Below are positions 10,269-20,102 of a stretch of DNA of 64,000 nucleotides, in pieces. The notes below the pieces were generated by a model. That model was not told the origin of the DNA, made no database searches, and saw nothing but the letters and a program-made list of their open reading frames with translations. Numbering within the stretch: position 1 is the stretch's first letter; each line of letters opens with the position of its first letter. Origin of the DNA: an uncultured Acidobacteriota bacterium (GTDB lineage Bacteria > Acidobacteriota > UBA6911); assembly GCA_963843575.1 (NCBI GenBank), contig CAWJKZ010000021.1:321661-385660 (forward strand). Direction: 5' to 3'. Both the position numbers and the translations under genes were made by a program.

Positions 10269-10753
10269 TCTTCGGGCCGCTTGCGGGCTTTCCCGGCGCG
10301 TTCCCTGCGCTCGCAGAAATCCTTCAATTCAAGCAGGACGGTGTTCCATCCCTCGTCGAGGATGGAGCGCACCTCGGCATCGGCCGTGGCGGACCGGTCC
10401 TCGTCCCGCATGATCACCTCGGTGTCGCGCTGCCGGGTCGTCCGGATGGCATAGGTGATCCTGTGGTGGGCGTTGTCGGGATCCGGGCCGCAGCCGTCGT
10501 CGACCCAGAGCAGCTCAACGGCGAGGTTCGGCTCGATGCGGGTGTAGACGGCCCGGCCGCGCTGGCCGGTTTTCCCCTGCCTCCAGTAGGCCGACAGCTC
10601 CCCGCCGACGCGCGGGTCGGAACTGGCGCGGTCGCAGAACCACCGGACGAGGTCGTGCGCGTCGGTCAGCGCCTGGTACACGATCGCCGGCTTAGCCTTG
10701 ATGAGCACGTGCTTCTCGATCCTGCTGTGAGCGGGCTGGGATTCCGGGGTCAT
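10265..10753 (-). CDS. SRPBCC/AHSA1-like domain protein
   Basis: VYQALTD...LVRWF, DPRVGG, C-terminal GWNTVLLELK helix. Confidence 0.8.
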   Translation of the reverse strand: MTPESQPAHSRIEKHVLIKAKPAIVYQALTDAHDLVRWFCDRASSDPRVGGELSAYWRQGKTGQRGRAVYTRIEPNLAVELLWVDDGCGPDPDNAHHRITYAIRTTRQRDTEVIMRDEDRSATADAEVRSILDEGWNTVLLELKDFCERRERAGKARKRPEE

Positions 10754-10791
10754 CAGGGTCTAACGATACCACAGATACAGGCTTTTTCGCC

Positions 10792-12573
10792 TCAGCGCAG
10801 GTCCGGCATCAGTTTACGGATAAGCGCAGCCTGGGGCGATTCGGGGTCGAGGCGGAGCGACTCTCGGAAGTGCTCCACGGCTGCGTTCCGGTTCCCGCCC
10901 TGCAGGTGGTAGCGGGCCAGTTGGTAGTGGGCGCGGCTGCTGTTGGGGTCCAGCTCCAGCACGCGCCAGATGCATTCCAGGAAGCGGACCTGCTCGCCGG
11001 ATTCCTGGTAGACGGTCGCCAGGTTCAGGAGCAGGGCGGCGTTGTCCTGGGGAAAGAGGCGCCGGGCGGTTTCTCCGGCCTCGATGGCTTCCGGGTACCG
11101 GCGCAGATTCATGAGCGGCACCATGAGGTTGGCCGCGGCAGCGCCGTAATCGGGTCGGATCTCGAGCGCCCGCCTGTACTCCCGGATGGCCCCCTCGGAA
11201 TCTCCCGCCCGCACCAGGGCGTCCCCGAACCAGAGCCGCACCTTCACGTTTTCGGGGGCCGACGCCGCGGCGGAACCGAAGAGGGACAAGTCGCTCTTCC
11301 AATCCGGCAGGTGGACGGAAGTCAAGGCCGAGAGGACCACCGCCGGGAAGAGCACGGCGGCAAATGCCCCTTTCGTTAACGGATCGGCTCGTTCGCCGGT
11401 CCCCGGCGGGAAGCGGGCGCAGACCCGCCCGGCGAGGGCTGCGATGCCCAGGCAGAATGCGACCGAAGGGAAGTAAAGCGTCCTTTCCGCGAAGATGGTC
11501 CCGATCGGGAAGAGCACGTTCGCCGTGGGCGCCACCGCCGTTATGTACCACGCCGACGCAAACGCCAGCTGGCGCGCCGTCCGGCCGCGCACGAACCACA
11601 GCAGGACGGCACCGGCCGTCAACGCGACGGCGGTGAGAAACAGCGGGTCGTGCCAGGAGACCCTCAGAGGCAGCGTGTGGTAGGAGTAGTCCGGGAGTAG
11701 CCGGTAGGGCGCCAGCTGCAGGAGCACGGCGTAGGCCTGGTTGGCGGCCGCGCTCACGATGCGCACGAACGTGGTCTGGTGGGCCAGCGGGTTCTCGACG
11801 AACAGCGGTCTGGAGACGAACGAGTGGTCTGCGCCCCCGAGGACGGCGACCCGCAACGCGAGCGACCCTGCCCCGGATGCTGCCAGCGCCCACAGCCGGG
11901 CGTCCCACGCAAGCCTCCAGATCCTCGCGGCCGGGCCATCGGCCGTCGGGCGGGCCCACTCCCACACCAGCAGTATCGCGGGGAGCACAATGACGTGTTC
12001 CTTTGAGGAGACCGCAAGGGCGAACAGGATCATGAGCTGGGGTATGTTCCGGGAGGGGGAAAGCCCGTCCGAGTGCCGCATCCAGACCAGCATGACCGCC
12101 AGGGCGAAGCCGCAGGACAGCAATTCGGCGCGCCCGACCACGCCGGCGACCGGCTCAATGTGGATGGGGTGGGCAGCGAACAGCAGTCCCGCCAGCGCGG
12201 CGGTCCAGCGCGACCGCAACACGTGCAGCGCAACCCTGTAAACGAGAAGCGACACGGCCGCGTGCAGGATCACGTTGACCAGGTGGAACCCGGCGGGGCC
12301 ACCCCCGTGCACGAGCCGCTCCAGGGCGAACGACAGCACGGTGACGGGGCGATACATGCCGTGGGTGGCCCCAGGCCAGTAGGAGGAGGCCAGCAGGCTC
12401 TTCCACCCCGCCCACGTCTGAACCGCAGGGTTGCGCGCCACGATCACCCAGTCGTCGAACGTGAACTCGAACCAGACCGACCGCAAGTACACCAGGATCG
12501 AGAGCAGGAGGATGCTCCAGAGGACGAGCCCTTCCGGGCGGGGCGGGGCGGCACTCTGGGTCCGGCGACGCAT
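10792..12573 (-). CDS. TMTC-like (GT-C/DUF1736) membrane protein with C-terminal TPR repeats
   Basis: FTFDD, YRPVT, FHLVNVILH, HPIHIEPVAGVVGRAE, SKE, AERTLY motifs plus TPRs. Confidence 0.8.
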   Translation of the reverse strand: MRRRTQSAAPPRPEGLVLWSILLLSILVYLRSVWFEFTFDDWVIVARNPAVQTWAGWKSLLASSYWPGATHGMYRPVTVLSFALERLVHGGGPAGFHLVNVILHAAVSLLVYRVALHVLRSRWTAALAGLLFAAHPIHIEPVAGVVGRAELLSCGFALAVMLVWMRHSDGLSPSRNIPQLMILFALAVSSKEHVIVLPAILLVWEWARPTADGPAARIWRLAWDARLWALAASGAGSLALRVAVLGGADHSFVSRPLFVENPLAHQTTFVRIVSAAANQAYAVLLQLAPYRLLPDYSYHTLPLRVSWHDPLFLTAVALTAGAVLLWFVRGRTARQLAFASAWYITAVAPTANVLFPIGTIFAERTLYFPSVAFCLGIAALAGRVCARFPPGTGERADPLTKGAFAAVLFPAVVLSALTSVHLPDWKSDLSLFGSAAASAPENVKVRLWFGDALVRAGDSEGAIREYRRALEIRPDYGAAAANLMVPLMNLRRYPEAIEAGETARRLFPQDNAALLLNLATVYQESGEQVRFLECIWRVLELDPNSSRAHYQLARYHLQGGNRNAAVEHFRESLRLDPESPQAALIRKLMPDLR

Positions 12574-12609
12574 CGGTCTTTCCTTTCCGTCGGTGCCGCG
12601 CAGCATAGC

Positions 12610-12730
12610 GGAAGCCGGAAGCCGGAAGCAAGAAAGACGGAAGCCAAACTTCGGAAGGCGGAAGGCGACGCTTCCACGACAGGGCAATCCGGTGAGGACC
12701 TGACCGCCTCGGCTTCCGGCTTCCTGCTTC
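12610..12730. repeat. degenerate GGAAGCC heptamer tandem repeats with inverted counterpart
   Basis: ggaagccggaagccggaagc... and ggcttccggcttcctgcttc; similar run at about 63024-63075. Confidence 0.5.
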
Positions 12731-12796
12731 AGTATTCTTGCTTTATCCGTTTTCTAATGCCATTCTGGCCATGCTCTGCAAACTCTAACGAGGCTG

Positions 12797-15560
12797 ATGA
12801 TGCGCGGACGAATTCCGATCTTGGTGTTTCTGCTGGCGCTGTTCCTGCTGGTCGGTGGCCTGACATTTGCCGTCGATCTGTACTTCGACTGGCTCTGGTT
12901 TGTGGAGCTGGGGAAGAGCGTGATATTTACGACGACGCTCTATGCGAAGAGCTTGGTCGGCGCGTGCGCGCTGGCCGTCACGTTCGCTTTCCTTTATCTG
13001 AACCTCTGGCACGCCAACCGTGGGCCCGGCCTGATCCAGATCGGGATACCGACGCCGGCCGGGCAGATCACTGCCTACACGCTTCCGCCCGAGACGATCC
13101 GGAAGGGGGCGGGGCTGCTGTCGCTGGTGGTGGCCCTGTTCATGGCGGTGAGGGAGGCCGAAAGCTGGGAGCTCTTCTGGCGCTGGTTGCACCGCGTGCC
13201 GTTCGGAAACGCCGACCCGGTGTTTGGCCGCGACCTCTCGTTCTATTTCTTCACGCTGCCTGTGCTGGCCGAGTTCGTCCGTTTCGGCATGCTCCTGGTG
13301 TTCCTGGCGGGGGTCGGTGCCCTCGTCTTGTACCACTTCAAGGGGATCCTGGCGTCGGGCGGCATCCGGAGTTTCGGCCGGCGCGGGCGGGTGGCGGTGC
13401 ATGTCTCGGTGCTGGCGGCGCTGTTTTTCCTGCTGCTTGCCTTTGACGCCTACCTGGACCGCTTCCAGATCCTCTATGCCAACCACGGGCCCATGTTCGG
13501 CGCGACCTATGCGGACCTGCACGCGCGGCTCCCGATGCTGTCGGTCCTGGCGTTGGCCGCGCTGGCGGGTGCGGCGCTCTGGGTCTACAACGCCCTCAGC
13601 CCGAACAACCGTGGTGCGATCGCGGCCGTGGTCCTCTACGTGCTGGTCCTGGTGGCCGGCAACGTTTATCCCTCGCTGCTCCAGAAATTCATCGTTTCGC
13701 CCAACGAGCTGAGCAGGGAGGGGCCGCAGATCCAGCACAACATCCGGGCAACGCTGCAGGCCTACGGGCTCGACAAGATCGAAGAGCGGGACTTGTCGGG
13801 CGACAAGGCGCTTTCCCCTCAGGATATCCAGGCCAACGCCGCCACCATCCGGAGCATACGTTTGTGGGATCACGAACCGCTGCTGGACGCCTTCAGCCAG
13901 ATCCAGGAAATTCGGCTCTATTACGATTTCGCTTCCGTCGACAACGACAGGTACGTCGTCGATGGCGAACCGCAGCAGATGATGCTTTCCGCGCGTGAGC
14001 TCAATTCGACGAGCCTGCCCGAGCGCAACTGGATCAACGAGCACCTCAGTTACACCCACGGCTACGGGCTGACCCTCGGCCCCGTCAACCGCGTCACTAC
14101 CGAAGGGCTCCCGGTCCTCCTGGTGCAGGACATCCCCCCGAAAGCGCAGCTCCCGCAGCTGACGGTCAACCGGCCGGAGATCTACTACGGCGAGCTGACC
14201 CGCGGGTATGCCGTCGTGGACACGGGGCAGAAAGAGTTCGACTACCCGGCCGGGGACGAGAACGTCTACACTTCCTACCAGGGCAAGGGCGGAGTCGCCG
14301 TCAACTCCCTGGCGCGCAGGCTGCTGTTTGCCGTCTACTTCAAAGATCCGAACATCCTGCTGTCGCCGCTGCTGAAGCCGACGAGCCGGTTTCTCTTCTT
14401 CCGCGACCTCAAGACGAGGCTGGGCCGCGTGGCCCCGTTCCTCATGCTGGACCAGGACCCCTACCTGGTCATCTCCGAAGGTAAGCTGTACTGGGTCCAG
14501 GACGCCTACACGCAGTCGGACCGGTACCCGTACTCGACGCCGACGCCCGGCATAGGAAATTACATCCGTAACTCGGTGAAAATCGTCCTGGACGCCTACG
14601 AGGGGAGCGTCGACCTGTACGTCGCCGACCCGAACGACCCGCTCCTCAAGGTCTACCAGGGGATCTTCCCCGGCGTGTTCCGGCCGATGGCGGAGATCCC
14701 CCCGGACTTGCGCGCGCACCTGCGTTACCCGGAAGACATCTTCCGGGTCCAGACCTACATATACTCCGTGTACCACATGTCGAGCTCGCAGGTGTTCTAC
14801 AACAAGGAGGATCTCTGGGAAATCCCGGTGATCGGTTCGGGCGGCTCCGAAAAGGCGATGTCCCCGTACTACACGATCATGCGGCTGCCGCGGGAGAATG
14901 CCGAGGAGTTCATCCTGATGCTGCCGTTTACGCCGGGACGCAAGGACAACCTGTCGGCGTGGATGGTCGCGCGCAGCGACGGGGACAAGTACGGCCAGCT
15001 TGTGGTCTACAGGTTCCCCAAGCAGAAGCTGGTCTACGGGCCGAAGCAGATCGTGGCGCGCATCAACCAGGACGCGGAAATCTCGCGGCAGGTCTCGCTC
15101 TGGGACCAGCGCGGTTCGCAGGTGATACAGGGCACGCTGCTGGTCATCCCGATCGAGGAGGCGCTCCTGTATGTCCGGCCCCTGTACCTGCGCTCCGAGA
15201 GCGGCAAGATCCCGGAACTGAAGCGGGTGATCGTGGCCTACGAAAACAAGATCGCGATGGAGGAAACGCTCGAACGCGCAATCGGGCGGATATTCAACGC
15301 CGGGACGGGCGGTGCCACGCCCGGGTCGGAAACCGCTGCAGCCGGCGGTGACGACGGCTCCGGGGGCGGCGCCTTCCCAGCCGGCTGCGGGTGCCGCCGG
15401 ACTGGCGCGCCAGGCCGGCGAGGCCTACGACCGGGCGGTGCAGGCGCAGCGCCAGGGAGACTGGGCGCGGTATGGCGAGGAACTCCGCAACCTCGGCGCC
15501 ATCCTCGAAGAGTTGCAGCGCAGCGGCGCGCAGCCGAAGCCGGAAAAACCAAACAGGTAA
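12797..15560 (+). CDS. UPF0182 family membrane protein, apparent +1 frameshift at about 15310-15400
   Basis: DPVFGRDLSFYFF, IRLWD, YTHGYG, NYIRNSVK motifs; typical C-terminus GDWARYGEEL lies in frame 15312..15560. Confidence 0.85.
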
Positions 15561-15571
15561 AGAGGAAGCTC

Positions 15572-16079
15572 ATGGCGGGCTCGCAGTCCTTCGACATCAC
15601 TTCAGGGTGTGACCTCCAGGAGGTCGACAACGCCGTCAACCAGGCGCGCAAGGAGTTCATCCAGCGGTACGACTTCAAGGGCGCCAAGGTCTCGATCGAC
15701 TATGACCGCACGGGCAAGAAGATCGTGCTGCACGGTCCGGACGAGTTCAAACTCAAGGCCATGTGGGAGGTGCTCCAGGAAAAGCTGGTCCGCCGGAAGG
15801 TCCCGGTGCGGAACCTGAAGCTCGGCAAGGTTCTGCCGGCCGCCTCCGGCAACGTCTCGCAGGAAGTCACTCTGCAGCAGGGCATCCCGATCGATGACGG
15901 CGCGGGCGATCGTGAAGTTCATCAAGGAGCGCAAAGTCCGGCGCGTGCAGGCCGAGATCCAGGCCGACCAGGTGCGCGTCTCCTCCCCATCGCGGGACGA
16001 CCTGCAGACGGTCATGCGGCAGCTGCGGGAGCAGGACTTCGGTCTCGAGCTGAATTTCGGGAACTACCGCACCCTCTGA
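15572..16079 (+). CDS. yajQ: YajQ family cyclic-di-GMP-binding protein, apparent +1 frameshift near 15895
   Basis: SFDITS...QEVDNAVNQA...RYDFKG, then IQADQVRVS...DDLQTVM...FGNYR in the next frame. Confidence 0.85.
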
Positions 16080-16084
16080 ACTGG

Positions 16085-16181
16085 GTCGGGGCTTCAGCCC
16101 GGACGCCGTTAAACCCGTCCCAGTCGTTCCGCGCGTGACCGCCCAAGCCACCGCAAAGAGCGTCCGGGCTGAAGCCCGGAC
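16085..16181. repeat. REP-like inverted doublet, family A (GTCCGGGCTGAAGCCCGGAC)
   Basis: Palindromic units at 16085-16104 and 16162-16181 in opposite orientation, between convergent genes. Confidence 0.7.
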
Positions 16182-16217
16182 GCGGAGCGTGTCGGGTGGA
16201 CCCACGACGCCGCAGAC

Positions 16218-17264
16218 CTATCGGAGCGATTCCATGATCTCCTCGAGGGCGGCGCGCGAGGGGCGCACGCGGTCGGCGGTCAGCGAGGAGAGCGCTTCGT
16301 CGTGCATGTTCAGAAGCGCGGTGAAGTCGGGCTTGTCCGGGTCGACGTAGAGCAGCCCGGTCAGGAACTCTCCTTTCGAGTTGGCTTCGCGGATCAGTCG
16401 GAGCGCCCCGGGTTTGCTCCGCGCATCGTAGTCACGCTCCAGTTTCCGCAGGGTGATCCGGGAGCCGTCGTGCATCTGGACCACCTGGGTGGTGCCGGGC
16501 TCGTATTCGACGGCGATCTGTTCGTAATAGGGGACGAACCCGACCTCGTGCAGGAGTTCTTCGCTCTCCTTGGCGTGCTTGTAGCTCTTGGTGGAACCCT
16601 CGTGGTTGTTGAAGGTGACGCACGGGGAGATGACGTCGAGGAAGGTGGTGCCCCGGTGCGCGAGCGCGCCCTCGAGCAGCGGCACCAGCTGCTTCGGGTC
16701 GCCCGCGAAGGAGCGGGCGACGTAGCCGCAACCCAGCTCGATCGCCAGGACGCAGCAGTCGATCGCGGGCAATTCGTTCAGGACGCCCGTCTTGAGGCTC
16801 GAGCCGAGGTCCGCCGTCGCGGAGAACTGCCCCTTGGTGAGGCCGTAGACGCCGTTGTTTTCCATGATGTAGATCATGGGCACGTTGCGGCGCAGCAGGT
16901 GCACGAACTGGCCCATTCCGATGGAAGCCGTGTCGCCGTCGCCGCTCACACCGATGGCGACGAGGTGGCGGTTGGCCAGCAGGGCCCCGGTGCCGATGGC
17001 GGGCATGCGCCCGTGGACGGCGTTGAAGCCGTGCGCACGGTTCAGGAAGTAAGCCGGGGTCTTCGACGAGCAGCCGATGCCCGACAGCTTGACGACCCGG
17101 TGCGGCTCAATCCCATATTCGAAGAATGCCTTGATGATCTGGCTGGTGATGGCGTCGTGGCCGCACCCGGCGCAGAGCGTGGAGTCTTTGCCCTTATAGT
17201 CCTGCAGCACCAGACCGAGTCGGTTGGTTCCCTTGGGGCGCGGGGGTTGTACGGCGGTGGACAT
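16218..17264 (-). CDS. korB: 2-oxoacid:ferredoxin oxidoreductase beta subunit
   Basis: CAGCGH, SGIGCSS, GDGD TPP motif, NNGVYGLTKGQ. Confidence 0.92.
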   Translation of the reverse strand: MSTAVQPPRPKGTNRLGLVLQDYKGKDSTLCAGCGHDAITSQIIKAFFEYGIEPHRVVKLSGIGCSSKTPAYFLNRAHGFNAVHGRMPAIGTGALLANRHLVAIGVSGDGDTASIGMGQFVHLLRRNVPMIYIMENNGVYGLTKGQFSATADLGSSLKTGVLNELPAIDCCVLAIELGCGYVARSFAGDPKQLVPLLEGALAHRGTTFLDVISPCVTFNNHEGSTKSYKHAKESEELLHEVGFVPYYEQIAVEYEPGTTQVVQMHDGSRITLRKLERDYDARSKPGALRLIREANSKGEFLTGLLYVDPDKPDFTALLNMHDEALSSLTADRVRPSRAALEEIMESLR

Positions 17265-17266
17265 TT

Positions 17267-19117
17267 TTACTCCTTTTCCTGTTCGTGCGCCACGATCGAA
17301 TTCGTGATCGACCGGGCATCGATCGGGATGCCGTTGAAGTGAAGGACGGAGCGGAGCTTAACCGCGGCCCCGGGGCAGTCCAGGGCGAGAATGGAAGCCA
17401 TCTGGGCATCCCGGTTCTGTTCGACGACGTAGGTGCGCTTGTGGCGGGCGAGGAACTCGCCTACGGCCGGCGACAGGGGGAGCGCACGGACGCGCAGGTA
17501 GTCCGTCTCGATTCCCTGCTCGGTCCGCAGCTGGTCCCGGCACTCCCCGATGGCGTGGTGGGTGGTGCCGTAGGCGATGATGCCGACTTCGGCCGTTCCA
17601 TCCCCTTCGATCAGCGGTGCGGGCGCGGCGTGGCGGGCGCCGTCCATCTTGCGCGCCAGGCGGTTCATCAGGTTGACATAGTCGTCGGTCCGCTCAGTGT
17701 ATTCGGCCTGCTCGTTGTGCCCGCTCCCGCGCGTGAAGTAGGCGGCCGCCGGGTGGTCTGCCCCGGGGAGCGTGCGGTACGGGACACCGTCGCCGTCCAC
17801 GTCCAGGTAGCGCGAGAAGCTGCCCAACCGGTCGAGGTCCTCCGTCGACAGCACCTTGCCCCGGTCGATAGGGATGTTATCCGGGTACTCGAACGGGTCT
17901 GACATCCAGTTGTTCATCCCGAGGTCGAGGTCGCTCAGGCAGAAGACGACGGTCTGGAATTTCTCGGCAAGGTTGAAGGCCTCCTGGGCGAACTGGAAGC
18001 ATTCCTCCACGGTGGCGGGGAGGAGCAGGATGTGTTTCGTGTCGCCGTGGCTGAGGTAATAGGTCGAGAGGACGTCGCCCTGGCTCGTTCGGGTCGGAAG
18101 GCCGGTCGACGGGCCCACGCGCTGGATATCCCAAATGACGGCCGGGATCTCGGCGAAGTAGGCCAGCCCGACGAACTCGGACATCAGCGAGATGCCCGGG
18201 CCCGAGGTCGAGGTCATCGCGCGCGCCCCGGCCCAGCCCGCCCCGACGACCATGCCCACGGCGGCGAGCTCGTCTTCGGCCTGGACGATCGCAAACGTGG
18301 CTTTGCCGGTTTTCGGGTCGATCCGGTACTGTTTCATGTAGTCGATCATCTGTTCGACGAGCGACGTCGACGGGGTGATCGGGTACCACGTCACCACGGT
18401 GCAGCCGCCAAACATGGCGCCGAGCGCCGCGGCCGCATTCCCGTCCACGATGATCTTGCCCGTGGTCTGGTCCATGCGCTCGACGCGGTACCGGTCGGTT
18501 TTGACGAGATTGGCCCTGGCGTACTCCACGCCGACCCGCACCGCCTGCACATTGATCTCGGCGGCCTTGGCCTTCGCTTTGAACTGCTTCCTGATCGCTC
18601 TTTCGACTTCGTCGACGTCGATGGACAACAACTGCGCCATCACCCCGACATAGATCATGTTGGCCAGCAGCTTGCGGAGCCGCGCATCGGTCGTGACCTG
18701 GCCCGCCAGCTTGCCGAAGGGGACCTCGTAAAGGCTGATGTCGTCGCGGATCCCCTTGAGCCGCAGGCCCTCGTCGGCCAGCAGCGCGCCCCCCGGCTGG
18801 ACGGTCATGGCATCCTCGCGGGCGGTTTGCGGGTTCATGGCAACCACGACATCGATCTCCGCCTTGCGCGCGATGTATCCGTGCCGGCTGGCCCGGATCG
18901 TGAACCAGGTGGGGAGCCCCGCGATGTTTGAGGGGAACAGGTTCTTCCCGCTGACCGGGATCCCCATCTGGAATATCGAACGCATCAGGACCATATTGGC
19001 CGACTGGCTGCCGGACCCGTTGACGGTGGCGACCTGGATGCTGAAGTCGTTGACGATGGGGGCCCGCGCGGCCGCGTCTTCGGTTTCCACGGTCGCGGCT
19101 GTGTTTGAATTATCCAA
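17267..19117 (-). CDS. korA: 2-oxoacid:ferredoxin oxidoreductase alpha subunit
   Basis: YPITPS, QAEDE, TSGPG, GPSTGLPT; probable TTG start after GGAG. Confidence 0.9.
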   Translation of the reverse strand: MDNSNTAATVETEDAAARAPIVNDFSIQVATVNGSGSQSANMVLMRSIFQMGIPVSGKNLFPSNIAGLPTWFTIRASRHGYIARKAEIDVVVAMNPQTAREDAMTVQPGGALLADEGLRLKGIRDDISLYEVPFGKLAGQVTTDARLRKLLANMIYVGVMAQLLSIDVDEVERAIRKQFKAKAKAAEINVQAVRVGVEYARANLVKTDRYRVERMDQTTGKIIVDGNAAAALGAMFGGCTVVTWYPITPSTSLVEQMIDYMKQYRIDPKTGKATFAIVQAEDELAAVGMVVGAGWAGARAMTSTSGPGISLMSEFVGLAYFAEIPAVIWDIQRVGPSTGLPTRTSQGDVLSTYYLSHGDTKHILLLPATVEECFQFAQEAFNLAEKFQTVVFCLSDLDLGMNNWMSDPFEYPDNIPIDRGKVLSTEDLDRLGSFSRYLDVDGDGVPYRTLPGADHPAAAYFTRGSGHNEQAEYTERTDDYVNLMNRLARKMDGARHAAPAPLIEGDGTAEVGIIAYGTTHHAIGECRDQLRTEQGIETDYLRVRALPLSPAVGEFLARHKRTYVVEQNRDAQMASILALDCPGAAVKLRSVLHFNGIPIDARSITNSIVAHEQEKE

Positions 19118-19328
19118 GGTGTTTACGTCTCCAGTGAATGATGCGACGACAAACGAGATCACGACCATCCCGAGAGGCGAAATTCTACCACCGATCCCGG
19201 ACCGATTTTTAGGTGCAATTTGCCGGTTGGGGCCTCGCGCTTCCCTCGCTCGGAGGAAAGCGCGGCAGTCACCCGGTTGAGGCTCGGCGGTGCGGGGGTG
19301 GGCCTCCCCCTCGCTCGGGTCGGCAACG

Positions 19329-20102
19329 ATGATAGAATACGGCGCGGGGGGCGACGTGATCGAGGTCCAGGGTCTTACCAAGGTCTATGGTTCGCTCGGC
19401 GCGGTGACGGACCTCTCGTTCGGCGTCGAGCCGGGGGAGGTGCTGGGCCTGGTCGGACCGAATGGCGCCGGCAAGACCAGCACGCTGCGGTGCATCGTCG
19501 GGATCGTCCCCCCGACGCGCGGCAACGTTCGGATTTTCGGCCACTCCATGACCGACGACCCGGTCGCTGCGAAGCGGCAGATCTCGTTCATGCCCGACGA
19601 GCCCCGGCTGTTTGACTACCTGACGGTTTTCGAGCACCTGCAGTTCACGGCGCGCATCTACCGCGTCGACGATTTCGAAAACAGGGCTGGGACGCTCCTG
19701 GAGGAGCTCGAGCTGGCCGACAGGCGCGACGCCCTTCCCGCAGAGCTGTCGCGGGGCATGAAGCAGAAGCTGGTCATCGCCTGCGGACTGCTTCACGCGC
19801 CGAAGGCGATGCTCTTCGACGAGCCGCTTACCGGGCTCGATCCGCTCGGTATACGGCGTATGAAGTCGACCATCCTGAGGCGTGCGCGGGAGGGGGCGTC
19901 CGTCATCATCAGCTCGCATCTACTGCATCTGGTCGAGGAATTGTGCGACCGGGTGCTCATCCTCAAGGCCGGGCGCAAGATCATTCACGGCTCCCTGGAC
20001 AACATCATGCGCAGCCTCCCGGAACTGCGGGGCGACGAGAATCTAGAGGAGATCTTCCTGCGGGTGACCGGGGACACGGGGCACGAGGCGGTGCCGCAGT
20101 GA
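19329..20102 (+). CDS. ABC transporter ATP-binding protein
   Basis: GPNGAGKTS, LSRGMKQK, FDEPLTGLD. Confidence 0.9.
   Translation: MIEYGAGGDVIEVQGLTKVYGSLGAVTDLSFGVEPGEVLGLVGPNGAGKTSTLRCIVGIVPPTRGNVRIFGHSMTDDPVAAKRQISFMPDEPRLFDYLTVFEHLQFTARIYRVDDFENRAGTLLEELELADRRDALPAELSRGMKQKLVIACGLLHAPKAMLFDEPLTGLDPLGIRRMKSTILRRAREGASVIISSHLLHLVEELCDRVLILKAGRKIIHGSLDNIMRSLPELRGDENLEEIFLRVTGDTGHEAVPQ

Noticed and set aside
12610-12730. Short repeats as a CRISPR array
   Set aside because: Degenerate heptamers without a repeat-spacer period; no cas genes
12797-16138. 1113-aa UPF0182-YajQ fusion in the ORF track
   Set aside because: Produced by two +1 frameshifts; the true UPF0182 C-terminus ends at 15560 and yajQ has its own RBS and ATG at 15572
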